Source: Elusimicrobiota bacterium | GTDB lineage: Bacteria; Elusimicrobiota; Elusimicrobia; UBA1565 | DNA length: 64,000 nucleotides | Direction: 5' to 3' | Assembly: GCA_043819795.1 (NCBI GenBank) | Contig: JBDREN010000049.1 | Location: forward strand, 2,379 to 66,378 | Shown here: positions 1 to 9,269 of the stretch, piece by piece | How positions within the stretch are numbered: position 1 is the stretch's first letter | Layout: every line of letters starts with the position of its first letter | The notes under the pieces: generated by a model | Seen by the model: the letters and a program-made list of their open reading frames with translations, nothing else | What the model was told of the DNA's origin: nothing | The model's database searches: none | Program-made: the position numbers and the translations under genes

Positions 1-720
1 CTGCGTTTCGAGGATAAGACCGTATTCGAGCGCGGGCCGGGCTACGCGGTCATGAGGATCGTCCATTACGTCATCATCGTCGCTTCGTCGATGGTGGCGC
101 TGCAGACGATCGGGTTCAGGCTCACCAGCGTGGCCGTCGTCGGTGGCTTCCTGGGGGTAGGCTTGGGTTTCGGCCTGAAGAACGTCACGGAAAATTTCAT
201 ATCCGGCATCATCCTGCTGCTGGAGCAGCCCATCCGCGTCGGCGACAAGGTGAGCGTCCAGGACCTCATCGGGACGGTCAAGAGGATCGGCATCCGCTCC
301 ACGGTCATCGACACCTTCGACAACATCACGCTGATCCTGCCGAACTCGGTCCTGGTCCAGGAGCAGGTCATCAACTGGTCGCACAGCGACCCGAAAATAC
401 GCATCCATGTGCCCTTCGGCGTCGCCTACGGCAGCGACATCCCCCGCCTGCGCGCCGCGGCGATCAAGACGGCCCTGGATGCGCCCCGGGTGCTCAAGAG
501 CCCGTCGCCGGAGCTGCGCTTCCTCGGGTTCGGCGATTCCTCCCTCGACTTCGACCTGCTCGTCTGGATCGACGAGCCCCTAAACCAGTTCGTGGTCAAG
601 AGCGACATCTACTACGCGCTGGAGAGGGCTTTGCGCGAAAGCGGGATCGAGATCCCGTTCCCCCAGCGCGACGTGCACATCAAGACCGCGCGCGGCCTTC
701 AAGGAGCGAAGATCGGCTGA
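1..720 (+). CDS. Mechanosensitive ion channel, MscS family (5' end truncated by the window edge)
   Basis: The reading frame is open from position 1. The translation contains the MscS pore helix and beta-domain signature (GGFLGVGLGFGLKNVTENFISGIILLLEQPIRVGDKV...GTV..IGIRST). The track's first ATG at 52 is probably internal. Confidence 0.8.
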   Translation: MRFEDKTVFERGPGYAVMRIVHYVIIVASSMVALQTIGFRLTSVAVVGGFLGVGLGFGLKNVTENFISGIILLLEQPIRVGDKVSVQDLIGTVKRIGIRSTVIDTFDNITLILPNSVLVQEQVINWSHSDPKIRIHVPFGVAYGSDIPRLRAAAIKTALDAPRVLKSPSPELRFLGFGDSSLDFDLLVWIDEPLNQFVVKSDIYYALERALRESGIEIPFPQRDVHIKTARGLQGAKIG

Positions 721-806
721 GGTGTGCGCTTCTCAAAATCCACGAGCTGTCCCGGGAGTTTGCTAGACTATTTTGAAGGCCAGGCCGGGCGGTTCAGGGG
801 GGGGAC

Positions 807-2240
807 ATGAGAGTCGCAGAGAAGACGAAGTCCGCGCAGGAGGTCTGGGCCAAAGGGTACGGCGTCATCAAGCACGCGCCCGAGACCCAGAGGCGCGTGC
901 GCGCCATGGCCAAGCACTTCAAGGCCACGGGAGACGGGACGCCTCTCTTCGAGATTCTGGCGGCGGCCGACCGGCTCGCGAGCGCGGCCATGTGGCTCAC
1001 GGTGCACGACACCTACGCCAGGAACGTGTACTTGGACGGGCGCAAGCTCGGCCGCGAGGACTTCAAGAAGAGCCCCGAGGGGCACACCGGAGGCTCCCTC
1101 AACATCTGCCCGGCCTACGCGGGCTATCTCGCCGCGAACGCGATCACCGGCCATACCCGGGGCTGGCTCATGGAGCAGGGGCACACGGTCTCGGCGATCG
1201 ACTCCGTGAACCTGCTCGTCGGCAACCTGACGCCGGCCCATGCGGAGCGTTACGACCTGACCAACGAGGGCCTGAGCCGTTTCGTGCGGGACTTCTACTC
1301 CTACCGGCTCAACGACAAGGGCGAGCAGGATTCCCCGCGGGGCAGCCACGTGAACGCCCACACGGCGGGGGGCATCGCCGAAGGCGGGTATCTCGGCTTC
1401 GCCGGCCTGCAGTACGCGCACCTGCCCCTGGCGGGCGAGAGGCTGGTGGCGTTCCTGAGCGACGGCGCCTTCGAGGAGCAGCGCGGCCCGGACTGGGCCC
1501 CGCGATGGTGGCGGCACGCGGACTGCGGCTTGGTCGCGCCCATCATGATCTGCAACGGCAGGCGCATCGACCAGCGCACCACCATGAGCATGTCCGGCGG
1601 CTCGGCCTGGTTCCGCAGGCATCTGGAGCTCAACAACTTCGATCCCATCGTGATCGACGGAAGGGACCCGGCGGCCTTCGCCTGGGCGATCTGGGAGACG
1701 GAGAGAAGGCTCGAGTCCGCTCCCCGGAAATATCCCGTGAGGCTTCCCTACGCGATCGCGGAGACCGTCAAGGGATACGGCTTCCCCGGGCAGGGGACGA
1801 ACGCGGCCCACGGCCTGCCTATAGGCGGCAAGGCGGACGACGAGATGATCCGCGTATTCAATGACGGCGCCGGGAAGCTGCACGTGCCCGCGCAAGAGCT
1901 CAAGGAGGCGGCGGCGAGGTTCCAGCGGCACAAGGACCGGCCCAAGGAGCGGGACCACGCCATGGCGGCGCGGGACGTGAAACTCAAGAGGACGGTCGAG
2001 CCCCCCTGGCTGCGAGTGGACGAGAAGCACATTCCCATGACGATGATCGACTACATGTTCGTCGAGACCTGCCTGGCGAACAAGCACCTCCGGCCCCGCG
2101 TGGGCAACCCGGACGAGCTCCGCTCCAACCGGATGGAGCGCACCTTGGATATCCTCAAGCACCGGGTGACGCTTCCGGAGCGGGGAATGGCGGAGGCGCT
2201 CGACGGGAAGCTGTCTCCGCACGAGGTGATCCTCCGATGA
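807..2240 (+). CDS. Phosphoketolase (XFP) family protein, N-terminal and central portion only (477 aa; possible truncated gene or pseudogene)
   Basis: Clear similarity to xylulose-5-P/fructose-6-P phosphoketolase TPP-binding regions (GHTGGSLNI.., HTAGGIAEGGYLGFAGLQYAHL, FLSDGAFEEQRGPDWAPRWW, APIMICNGRRIDQRTTMS, RVGNPDELRSNRMERT). The ORF is ~477 aa versus ~790-820 aa for characterised XFPs. It stops just after the central domain, 4 nt after the next gene's start. Confidence 0.7.
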   Translation: MRVAEKTKSAQEVWAKGYGVIKHAPETQRRVRAMAKHFKATGDGTPLFEILAAADRLASAAMWLTVHDTYARNVYLDGRKLGREDFKKSPEGHTGGSLNICPAYAGYLAANAITGHTRGWLMEQGHTVSAIDSVNLLVGNLTPAHAERYDLTNEGLSRFVRDFYSYRLNDKGEQDSPRGSHVNAHTAGGIAEGGYLGFAGLQYAHLPLAGERLVAFLSDGAFEEQRGPDWAPRWWRHADCGLVAPIMICNGRRIDQRTTMSMSGGSAWFRRHLELNNFDPIVIDGRDPAAFAWAIWETERRLESAPRKYPVRLPYAIAETVKGYGFPGQGTNAAHGLPIGGKADDEMIRVFNDGAGKLHVPAQELKEAAARFQRHKDRPKERDHAMAARDVKLKRTVEPPWLRVDEKHIPMTMIDYMFVETCLANKHLRPRVGNPDELRSNRMERTLDILKHRVTLPERGMAEALDGKLSPHEVILR

Positions 2241-2815
2241 GCGGCCCGGCATCCGTCGCGAGAAGACTGCTCTTTGTGGGGCTGTTGGCCGCGGTCCTGG
2301 GGCCGCTCGCCGGCTCCGCCCGCGCCGCGGTCTCCCGGGGCATGCACGTGGGCGGCTTCGCCAACGGGGCGAACTGGGGCGTGGGACGCCTCGGCCGCAT
2401 AACGGACACGGGGATCAACTTCGCGCTGCTCTACAGGTATCACATCACCGGAGCGCTCTCCGCGGGAATGGAGGTGCGCCGCATCGACTACGGGGCCACC
2501 GCGGCCTCGGGCACCGAGTCCGACGTGGAGCTGGATTCCTACGCTCTGATCGGCAGGTGGGATGTCCTGCCCAAGTCCGATCTCCGGCCGCATCTGGTCT
2601 GCGGCGTGTCCAGCAACAGGTTCAAGCGGAAGGTCGTCCTCGGCCGCTCCACCTCCGAGTCGTCCTCGTATAAGCCCGGCGGAAGCGTCGCGATCGGCCT
2701 GGACAGGGACTTCGGGAAGGGCTGGACCGTGGGCGGGCAGTTCCGCTACCTGCACGTGGGCTCGGACATCAACGCCCTCGGGCTCCGCCTGGTGATCTCC
2801 TTCAGGTTCGCGTAG
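2237..2815 (+). CDS. Outer-membrane beta-barrel protein (OmpA-like/porin-family beta-barrel)
   Basis: N-terminal signal peptide (LLFVGLLAAVLGPLAGSARA), alternating amphipathic beta-strand pattern, and the C-terminal aromatic signature RLVISFRFA (terminal F-x-F) typical of BAM substrates. Confidence 0.65.
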   Translation: MSGPASVARRLLFVGLLAAVLGPLAGSARAAVSRGMHVGGFANGANWGVGRLGRITDTGINFALLYRYHITGALSAGMEVRRIDYGATAASGTESDVELDSYALIGRWDVLPKSDLRPHLVCGVSSNRFKRKVVLGRSTSESSSYKPGGSVAIGLDRDFGKGWTVGGQFRYLHVGSDINALGLRLVISFRFA

Positions 2816-2877
2816 AGAACCGGCCCACTCGCACGCCGTCCGACCGCGCCGACTGGGGAGAATCCGTCAAAACGCCG

Positions 2878-3351
2878 CTAATCCTGGCCGTGGAGGGAAG
2901 ACGACTTGTCGTCGTGCACGCCGCGGCGTAGCGTCTGAAAGAGCCGCTCGAAGTGATGGACGCTGACAAGGACCGTGACCGAAACAAGCGCCATCGCCAG
3001 GGCCAGGCCGAATTCCCGGAACCCGATGGCGCAGCCGATGGCGGCCAGGAGCCACACCACCGCCGCCGAGGTGATCCCCGTGACGAGACCTTGCCTGTGC
3101 ATCATGAGTCCGGCGCCCAGGAACCCGACGCCGGTGGCCACCTGGCCCAGCACCCGTGTCGGGTCCCCCTGACCCATATGGCGCATGCCTATGTCAATGT
3201 AGGTGAGGGTGCCGAGGCAGATGAGGATGCTGGTCCGGATGCCGATCGGCTTGCCGCGCAGCTGCCTCTCGATGCCGATGATCACGCCGCAGGCTATGGC
3301 GGCCAGGATCTGAAGCCAGAAGATGCGATCCGCGAGAACATGTGCGCCCAT
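2878..3351 (-). CDS. mgtC: MgtC/SapB family membrane protein
   Basis: MgtC signature IIGIERQLRGKPIGIRT and 4-5 TM helices. I set the start to the internal ATG at 3351 (MGAHVLADRIFWLQ...); the longer track ORF running to 3573 adds an arginine-rich non-homologous leader. Confidence 0.75.
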   Translation of the reverse strand: MGAHVLADRIFWLQILAAIACGVIIGIERQLRGKPIGIRTSILICLGTLTYIDIGMRHMGQGDPTRVLGQVATGVGFLGAGLMMHRQGLVTGITSAAVVWLLAAIGCAIGFREFGLALAMALVSVTVLVSVHHFERLFQTLRRGVHDDKSSSLHGQD

Positions 3352-3555
3352 CCCGGGAGTATAACTTACCCATGAACGGCCTGCAAATCGCCGAATCGCC
3401 CCACGCTCCCTTCCTCTCCCCTCACGGAGAGAATTTCGTGCACATCCGCGGCGTTTCGCCGGGCGCGCGCATCTCAGTCCGGGCCAGCTCTCCATCCCGG
3501 CAGCGTAAAAACGGGACGCCGGTGGGGAGAATATGGTTAAATTGATGCCGCTCTC

Positions 3556-5052
3556 ATGCCCGCCGATCCTCAAACGTGGGAATCCCGGAGCCCGTTGCGG
3601 AACTTTCTATTGGAAAGCGTCACGGGGCAGGTCCTGATTTCCCTGACAAGCGGGACCTTCGTGACCGCCTTCGCCGTCAAGCTCGGAGCGTCCAACGCGC
3701 AGGTCGGGATCCTGGCATCCATCGCCGCCCTGTCCCAGCTCGTGCAAATCCCCTCGATCTATCTGATCAACCGCTTGCGGGATCGCAAGATCATCGCCAT
3801 GGCCGGCTTCCTTCTCTCCAAGCTTTCCTGGCTGTTGATCGTCCTGCCCATCTTGTGGGGGGCCCGGTCCGTCCCCATGGGGCGTCTGACCGTCGCCGTG
3901 GCCTTGAGCTCCACCTTCGCGGCGGCGGCGCTCTGCAGCTGGAATTCCTGGCTTCGCGACGTGATCGGGCGCAGCCGCATGGGCGCGTTCTTCGCCAAGC
4001 GGCTGGCCTACAGCAAGGCCGTGGGCATCATCACCGGCCTGTCGGCCGGATTCTTCGTGACGGCTTGGGGGAGCTACTCCCGGGAGACGGTGCTCGCCAG
4101 CTATGCCATCCTCTTCTTGGGCGGCATCCTGTTCGGACTGATGAGCGTGTATTTCGTCTGGACCTCCCCCGAGCCGCCTCAAATCCCGATCGACGTCGGA
4201 TTCCTTTCCTCGATCCTGGAGCCGTTCCGCGACAGGAATTACCGGATGCTCATCATCTTCCTCGCGATGTGGAGCTTTTCGGTCAACCTGGCCGCCCCGT
4301 TCTTCACTGTGTACATGCTCAGGCGGCTGCACTTCACCGTGGCCTTCGTGATGTCCATGTCCGTCTTGAGCAACGTCATGAACCTCATATTCTTCCGGTT
4401 CTGGGGCGCTTTCGCCGACCAGTTCTCCAACAAAGGCGTCCTCGCCGTTTGCGCGCCGCTTTGCATCGTCAGCACCTTGTCTTGGGCTTTCACGACCTTG
4501 CCCGAGCCGCACTTCCTGACCTTGCCGATGGTGATCGCGATACATATAGTGGTGGGCGCGGCCACCGCCGGTGTCATACTGGCGTCGAGCAATATCGGCA
4601 TGAAATTGTCCCCGAAGGGGAAGTCGGCGTCGTTTCTGGCCGCGAGCTCCATCGTAAGCTCCTTGGCGGCCGGCATCGCCCCGGTCATCGGAGGGATGTC
4701 GGCGGACTACTTCGCCAGCCGGGAGCTGTCCCTCCTGCTGACATGGAAGAGTCCGGCGTTGGACCTCGGCTTGCGGGCGATCAGCTTCAGGCACTGGGAC
4801 TTCTTCTTCGCCATCGCGTTCGCGCTCGGACTCTATGCATTGCGGCGCTTGTCCTTGGTCCGGGAGGAGGGGGAGGTGCAGCAGAGGGTCGCCCTCCGGG
4901 AATTCCTCCGGCGCCTGCGCGCGAGAATGCTGGCGTTGACCACGGTCCGCGGGATGCGGCAGTTCATCCTCATGCCCGTGGAATTCCTCCGGGACTTCAC
5001 CGAGGAGGACGATATCCTGCCGCACGCGGAGTCCCGGGAAATCCCACGATGA
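3556..5052 (+). CDS. MFS (major facilitator superfamily) transporter
   Basis: 498 aa with ~12 hydrophobic helices and an MFS-like loop between TM2 and TM3 (LINRLRDRKII). Substrate cannot be inferred. Confidence 0.7.
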   Translation: MPADPQTWESRSPLRNFLLESVTGQVLISLTSGTFVTAFAVKLGASNAQVGILASIAALSQLVQIPSIYLINRLRDRKIIAMAGFLLSKLSWLLIVLPILWGARSVPMGRLTVAVALSSTFAAAALCSWNSWLRDVIGRSRMGAFFAKRLAYSKAVGIITGLSAGFFVTAWGSYSRETVLASYAILFLGGILFGLMSVYFVWTSPEPPQIPIDVGFLSSILEPFRDRNYRMLIIFLAMWSFSVNLAAPFFTVYMLRRLHFTVAFVMSMSVLSNVMNLIFFRFWGAFADQFSNKGVLAVCAPLCIVSTLSWAFTTLPEPHFLTLPMVIAIHIVVGAATAGVILASSNIGMKLSPKGKSASFLAASSIVSSLAAGIAPVIGGMSADYFASRELSLLLTWKSPALDLGLRAISFRHWDFFFAIAFALGLYALRRLSLVREEGEVQQRVALREFLRRLRARMLALTTVRGMRQFILMPVEFLRDFTEEDDILPHAESREIPR

Positions 5053-5071
5053 ACGAAGAGGCGGTATCCTT

Positions 5072-7951
5072 ATGAAGCACACTGCTTGGCTGTCGATCGG
5101 CGCGATGATCCTGTTCGCGGGAGCCGGGTCCGCGGCCCCGTTTCGCCCCCTCGAGCCCAAGGAGGCCGCCGCGCTGATATCGAAGATCCAGGCCAATCCG
5201 CGCGGGCCGTACGAGCGCGTGATGTGGCACTGCCGGGACGGCTCGGTGCTGCCTCCCGCGCCCTATGCCTGCTCCGAGCGCGGCGGCGGCCGGCAATACG
5301 GCGTCCCGAACGCGGACGCGGGGAAGCTGGCTGCGGCCGGGATATACGTCGGCACGGTCTTGGCGTCATTGTCGCCCGAGGATCTGACCGCCGACGGCTA
5401 TTACCGCGCGCGGGCCATTATCGTGGAGAAATTCCTCGAGATCGCGCTGGACGGGTGGGCCTTGCGTTCGGCGAAGTCGTATCGGGGCTTCAGGCAGGCC
5501 GAAGACGAGGAGAAAGCGGCCGAAACCCTTCTGGCGGTATTGGCCCGCGAGGACGGCTGGGCCCTGCGCCATCGCTACCTCGCCGTCCGGCTCGCGCGGT
5601 CCATGCCGGGCGGAGCGGACGCGAGCCTGGCCGATGAGATCCGCGCCCTCGCCGCCAAGATAGCGGACAAGGACCCCGCGTTCCAGGGCATGCGCTCCAA
5701 GATCCACTCCATCATGGAGCCCGGAGACGCCAGCGCGGTGCTGAGCTATTCGGAAACGGCGCCGGCGGCCGCGCCGGCGGCGAGGGAGCTGGCGGAGAAA
5801 ATCCGGGCCTATTACGACCCGCGCCAGTTGCGCGACCGCCTCCGGAGGATCAGACGCTTCTTGCCGGACCGGGGGATCGCAGGCCTGATCGACGAGTTGG
5901 TTTCCGCGGAAGCCGATGTCTTCGAGCGGATACGGATCGTCGAGGAATTGCTGACCCTGGCGGACCGAGCGCTCGGCCAGGCCGCGTCCCGCACCGACGG
6001 GACCCGGCTCCACCTGATCCAACTCATGAGCGCCTTGGAGGATGTCCTGGCCTCGACGACCGCGCAGCTAAGAGGCGCGAGCATGTTCAGGCTTCAGGCG
6101 GTGGAGACCGCGCAGAGGCTGTCGCGGTGCGCCCGGGCGCTCGGGCTTCTCTCGCCGCGCGAGCTGGAGGCCGCCCGGCCGGTCATAGGGCGCATGCGGA
6201 CCGGAGGGGGAGCGGATTACGTCGCCGGGCATCGCCAGCTGATTCGGACCGCCGAATGGGCTCGTGCCCTGGTGCTGTCGGAGCTGGGCATCCCCATCGG
6301 CCGGTACGTCCTGGCCGAAGGCCGGGCGGCGCAGGTCGTGGACGAGCTGCTTCGCAGCGGGGTGATGCTGCCGCTGGCGGCGATCATCGACCGCATCGGC
6401 GCCGACCTGTACTCCCTGCGGGGAGGGAACCATCGCGTCTACGGCGTGAAGGGGGCCGCCGTGCGGGGCGAGAACCCGGGCCTGGCGATCGGGCCGCTTC
6501 GCGTCCGAGAGCATTCCCAATCGCCCAAAGGACTCAAGCGCAACGAGGTGGCGCTCCTATATGAGCTCCCTTCGGAGCTGCCTCCGGTCGCGGGGATCAT
6601 CACCGTGGGCGCGTCCGGCAGCCTATCGCATGTCGCCCTGCTGGTGCGGAATCTGGGGATTCCCTTGGTTTCCGTGGACGGGCGGACCGCCGACGCGATC
6701 AAGGCCTGGGAAGGGCGGGAGGTGGCCGTGGGCGTGAGCGCGGGCGGCCGCGTGGTCTTGGGAGAGCTTATCGCGTTCGGGGAGGAAGACCGGCGGCTGT
6801 TGGGGCGATCGTCGGCCAAGGACCAGCCTTTCCTGAGGATCCCGCGCGAGTCGCTCAACCTCCGCTTCGCGGAGGCCCTCGCGCTGGGCGAGGTGTCGGA
6901 AAAGGATTCCGGGGCGAGGGTCGGGCCCAAGGCCGCGGAGCTGGCCAGGCTCAAGCGTCTGTTCCCGGATCGCGTGAGCGACGCGGCGGTGCTGCCCTTC
7001 GGGCTGTTCGTCGAGCATGTCGACCGGCCGGGGCCGGACGGGGCTCCGTCCCCCCTGGCGAGGCTGCGGTGGGCCTATGCCCAGGCGGCCACAAAAGGCG
7101 CCGAGGAGCGGGAGCGGTTCATGCTGGAAGAGCTCGCCAGGTTCCGCAAGCGGATACTGGAGCTCCCCTTTGCGGATGGGTTCGAGCGGAAGATCGACGA
7201 GGCGCTCGCGCGCGTCGGCCGGCCGGGCGCATTCGGGGTCTTCGTCCGCAGCGACACCAACGTGGAGGACCTCAAGGAGTTCACCGGCGCCGGCCTGAAC
7301 CTGACGGTACCCAACGTCGTAGCGCGCGATTCGGTCTTCTCCGCGATCCGTTCGGTCTGGGCGTCCCCCTATTCCGAACGCTCCTACGCCTGGCGGCAGC
7401 GCATACTCCTCGATCCGGAGCATGTCTATCCGTCGGTCATTCTCCACAAGACCGTTCCCTCCGAAATATCGGGGGTCCTGGTCACGATGGACATGGAGAC
7501 GGGGGATCCGGGCCAGGTCACGGTGAGCGCGAGCGAGGGCGTGGCCGCGGTGGTGGACAGCGGCCTTCCGGAGACGATCGTCGTGCCCAGACAGGGAGGC
7601 GCCCCTCGGTGGCTCTCCTCGTCCCGGACCGCGACCAGGAAGGCGGTCCCCCCGTTGCCGAAAGAGGGGCTCGAGGTGCTCCCCGCCTCCGGCGGCGAGC
7701 CTCTGCTGGGACCGGCAAGGATCAAGGACATCCTCCATGTCGTTTCGCGTCTGGAGACGATCGAACGGGCCGACCCGGCCGTCCCCTGGGATGTGGAGTT
7801 CGGGTTCCTGGGGGATCGGATGTTCCTCATGCAGCTGCGGCCGCTCAAGGTGTCCCGCTCGGCCGTCCGCCAGCCCTATCTGCGGAAGCTCGATCGGGAG
7901 GTCTCGTCGAGGATCGGCGAGGTCGACATGAGCCGGCCGTTGGCAAGGTGA
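5072..7951 (+). CDS. PEP-utilizing-enzyme family protein with signal peptide and permuted domain order (N-terminal unknown domain, then phosphohistidine swivel domain, then PPDK_N ATP-binding domain)
   Basis: Signal-like N-terminus MKHTAWLSIGAMILFAGAGSAAP. The mid-region matches the PEP-utilizers mobile domain (AGIITVGASGSLSHVALLVRNLGIPLVSVDG). The C-terminal ~330 aa match the PPDK_N / PEP-synthase nucleotide-binding domain (VGPKAAELARLK.., VFVRSDTNVEDL..GAGLNLTVPN...AIRSVWASPYSERSYAWRQ...SGVLVTMDMETGD..VTVSASEGVAAVVDSG). Confidence 0.7.
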   Translation: MKHTAWLSIGAMILFAGAGSAAPFRPLEPKEAAALISKIQANPRGPYERVMWHCRDGSVLPPAPYACSERGGGRQYGVPNADAGKLAAAGIYVGTVLASLSPEDLTADGYYRARAIIVEKFLEIALDGWALRSAKSYRGFRQAEDEEKAAETLLAVLAREDGWALRHRYLAVRLARSMPGGADASLADEIRALAAKIADKDPAFQGMRSKIHSIMEPGDASAVLSYSETAPAAAPAARELAEKIRAYYDPRQLRDRLRRIRRFLPDRGIAGLIDELVSAEADVFERIRIVEELLTLADRALGQAASRTDGTRLHLIQLMSALEDVLASTTAQLRGASMFRLQAVETAQRLSRCARALGLLSPRELEAARPVIGRMRTGGGADYVAGHRQLIRTAEWARALVLSELGIPIGRYVLAEGRAAQVVDELLRSGVMLPLAAIIDRIGADLYSLRGGNHRVYGVKGAAVRGENPGLAIGPLRVREHSQSPKGLKRNEVALLYELPSELPPVAGIITVGASGSLSHVALLVRNLGIPLVSVDGRTADAIKAWEGREVAVGVSAGGRVVLGELIAFGEEDRRLLGRSSAKDQPFLRIPRESLNLRFAEALALGEVSEKDSGARVGPKAAELARLKRLFPDRVSDAAVLPFGLFVEHVDRPGPDGAPSPLARLRWAYAQAATKGAEERERFMLEELARFRKRILELPFADGFERKIDEALARVGRPGAFGVFVRSDTNVEDLKEFTGAGLNLTVPNVVARDSVFSAIRSVWASPYSERSYAWRQRILLDPEHVYPSVILHKTVPSEISGVLVTMDMETGDPGQVTVSASEGVAAVVDSGLPETIVVPRQGGAPRWLSSSRTATRKAVPPLPKEGLEVLPASGGEPLLGPARIKDILHVVSRLETIERADPAVPWDVEFGFLGDRMFLMQLRPLKVSRSAVRQPYLRKLDREVSSRIGEVDMSRPLAR

Positions 7952-7958
7952 ACGGGCG

Positions 7959-9269
7959 ATGAGAGCAAGGGCGCCGAGACTTTTGACGCGGCTGGGGCTG
8001 GCTCTGGGCATGGCCTGCCTACGGCAGGGCGCGGCGGCGTACCCGACGGATTCCGGGGAGCGGACCGGCATCCGCCGGTTGTCCTGGCAGGCGCAGGTCG
8101 ACCGGGGCGAGACGCGGGGAGTCAAGAACCCGCCTGGAGGGCGCTGGGGGGAGGATCGGATACGCCTGCGGCTGCTGAGCTCGGGCGCGCGATTCCGGCT
8201 GTCCGAGGACAGCCCCAAGGACCCGGTCCTTCAGAAGGGCCTGACGGACATACTCAAACGCGGGGGTTGGGAGTCGTACGGGGCGGCGATCGTGGACATC
8301 TCCGACCCGGAAGCCCCGAGATACGCGGCCGTCAACGAGCTCAAGCGCCAGATACCGGGCAGCACGGCCAAGGTGCTGGCGGCCGCGGGCATGCTGGAGG
8401 CGCTGCGGTCCCTTTATCCCGACGACATAGCCGCCCGGGAGAGGGCTTTGCGGACGATTCGGGTTCCGGCGGACTCCTGGGCCATGCCCAACTCTCATGA
8501 TGTCCCGATCCTGACGGCCGAGGGGATGTCGATGCGCCCCATCCGCCCCGGCGACGTCTTCTCACTGTGGGAGTGGCTGGACCACGCACTCTCCCCGAGC
8601 TCCAACGCCGCGGGGACCATGGTGTGGCGCGAGGCGGCGCTGCTGCGCTTGTTGGGGCGGGAATATCCCCCGGCGGCTTGGGACGGAAAGCTCTTCGCAC
8701 GGTGGAGCAGGCAGGATTTCACCAAGGCCGCGTTCGATGCGGTCGACGCTCCGCAGGCCGGGGCCGGGCTCGATACGGACCTGTTGCGGATACGTACATT
8801 CTTCACGGCGGGCGCTTCCCGCCACATCCTTTCGTCGAGCAGCGTCGGGACTCCCTTGGGCCTGGCGCAATGGCTGCTCAGCATGGAGCAGGGCAGGATC
8901 GTGGACCCTTGGTCCAGCCTCGAGCTCAAGCGCCTCCTCTACGTCACGCGCAGGCGCATCCGGTCCGCCGCGGCCCCGGAGCTGGCGGAATGCGCCGTAT
9001 ACTTCAAGAGCGGAAGTCTCTACAAGTGCAGACCCGAGGAGGGCTTCGTCTGCAAGAAGTATATGGGCAACGATCAGAACCTGCTCAACTCGCTGGCCTT
9101 GGTCGAAGTCCCGTCCGCGGAGCCCGATGAGGGCGGTCGACACCGCATTTCAGGGGCGTATATCGTGGCCGTGACGTCGAACGTGCTCAAGCGGAACTCG
9201 GCCGACGATCACGCGCGCCTCGCGGGCGCCATCCATCGCTTGCTGACGGGCCGGCAAAAAAAGAAATGA
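7959..9269 (+). CDS. Class A beta-lactamase-like serine hydrolase (Beta-lactamase2 family), secreted
   Basis: Signal peptide. S-x-x-K (PGSTAKVL), S-x-N (SPSSNAAG) and K-S-G (YFKSGSL) motifs are in class-A order and spacing. Confidence 0.65.
   Translation: MRARAPRLLTRLGLALGMACLRQGAAAYPTDSGERTGIRRLSWQAQVDRGETRGVKNPPGGRWGEDRIRLRLLSSGARFRLSEDSPKDPVLQKGLTDILKRGGWESYGAAIVDISDPEAPRYAAVNELKRQIPGSTAKVLAAAGMLEALRSLYPDDIAARERALRTIRVPADSWAMPNSHDVPILTAEGMSMRPIRPGDVFSLWEWLDHALSPSSNAAGTMVWREAALLRLLGREYPPAAWDGKLFARWSRQDFTKAAFDAVDAPQAGAGLDTDLLRIRTFFTAGASRHILSSSSVGTPLGLAQWLLSMEQGRIVDPWSSLELKRLLYVTRRRIRSAAAPELAECAVYFKSGSLYKCRPEEGFVCKKYMGNDQNLLNSLALVEVPSAEPDEGGRHRISGAYIVAVTSNVLKRNSADDHARLAGAIHRLLTGRQKKK

Noticed and set aside
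768-2252. Long antisense ORFs (for example 768-2252 minus, 773-1864 plus, and the many 100-500 aa ORFs opposite or out of frame with the genes above, such as 3576-5075, 3607-5196, 6623-8218, 24931-27426, 25926-27512, 41745-43946, 44055-45719, 49299-50822, 51198-52754, 53182-54795)
   Set aside because: Arg/Pro/Gly-rich translations with no motifs are typical of stop-codon-poor alternative frames in ~68% GC DNA. Each overlaps a gene with a clear family signature in another frame.
3352-3555. Possible Mg2+ riboswitch (M-box) in the mgtC leader, and likewise upstream of mgtE (30826-30941)
   Set aside because: I could not recognise the conserved M-box helices or sequence blocks by eye. The mgtE leader (~115 nt) is shorter than a typical M-box. 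A covariance-model search (Rfam RF00380) would be needed.
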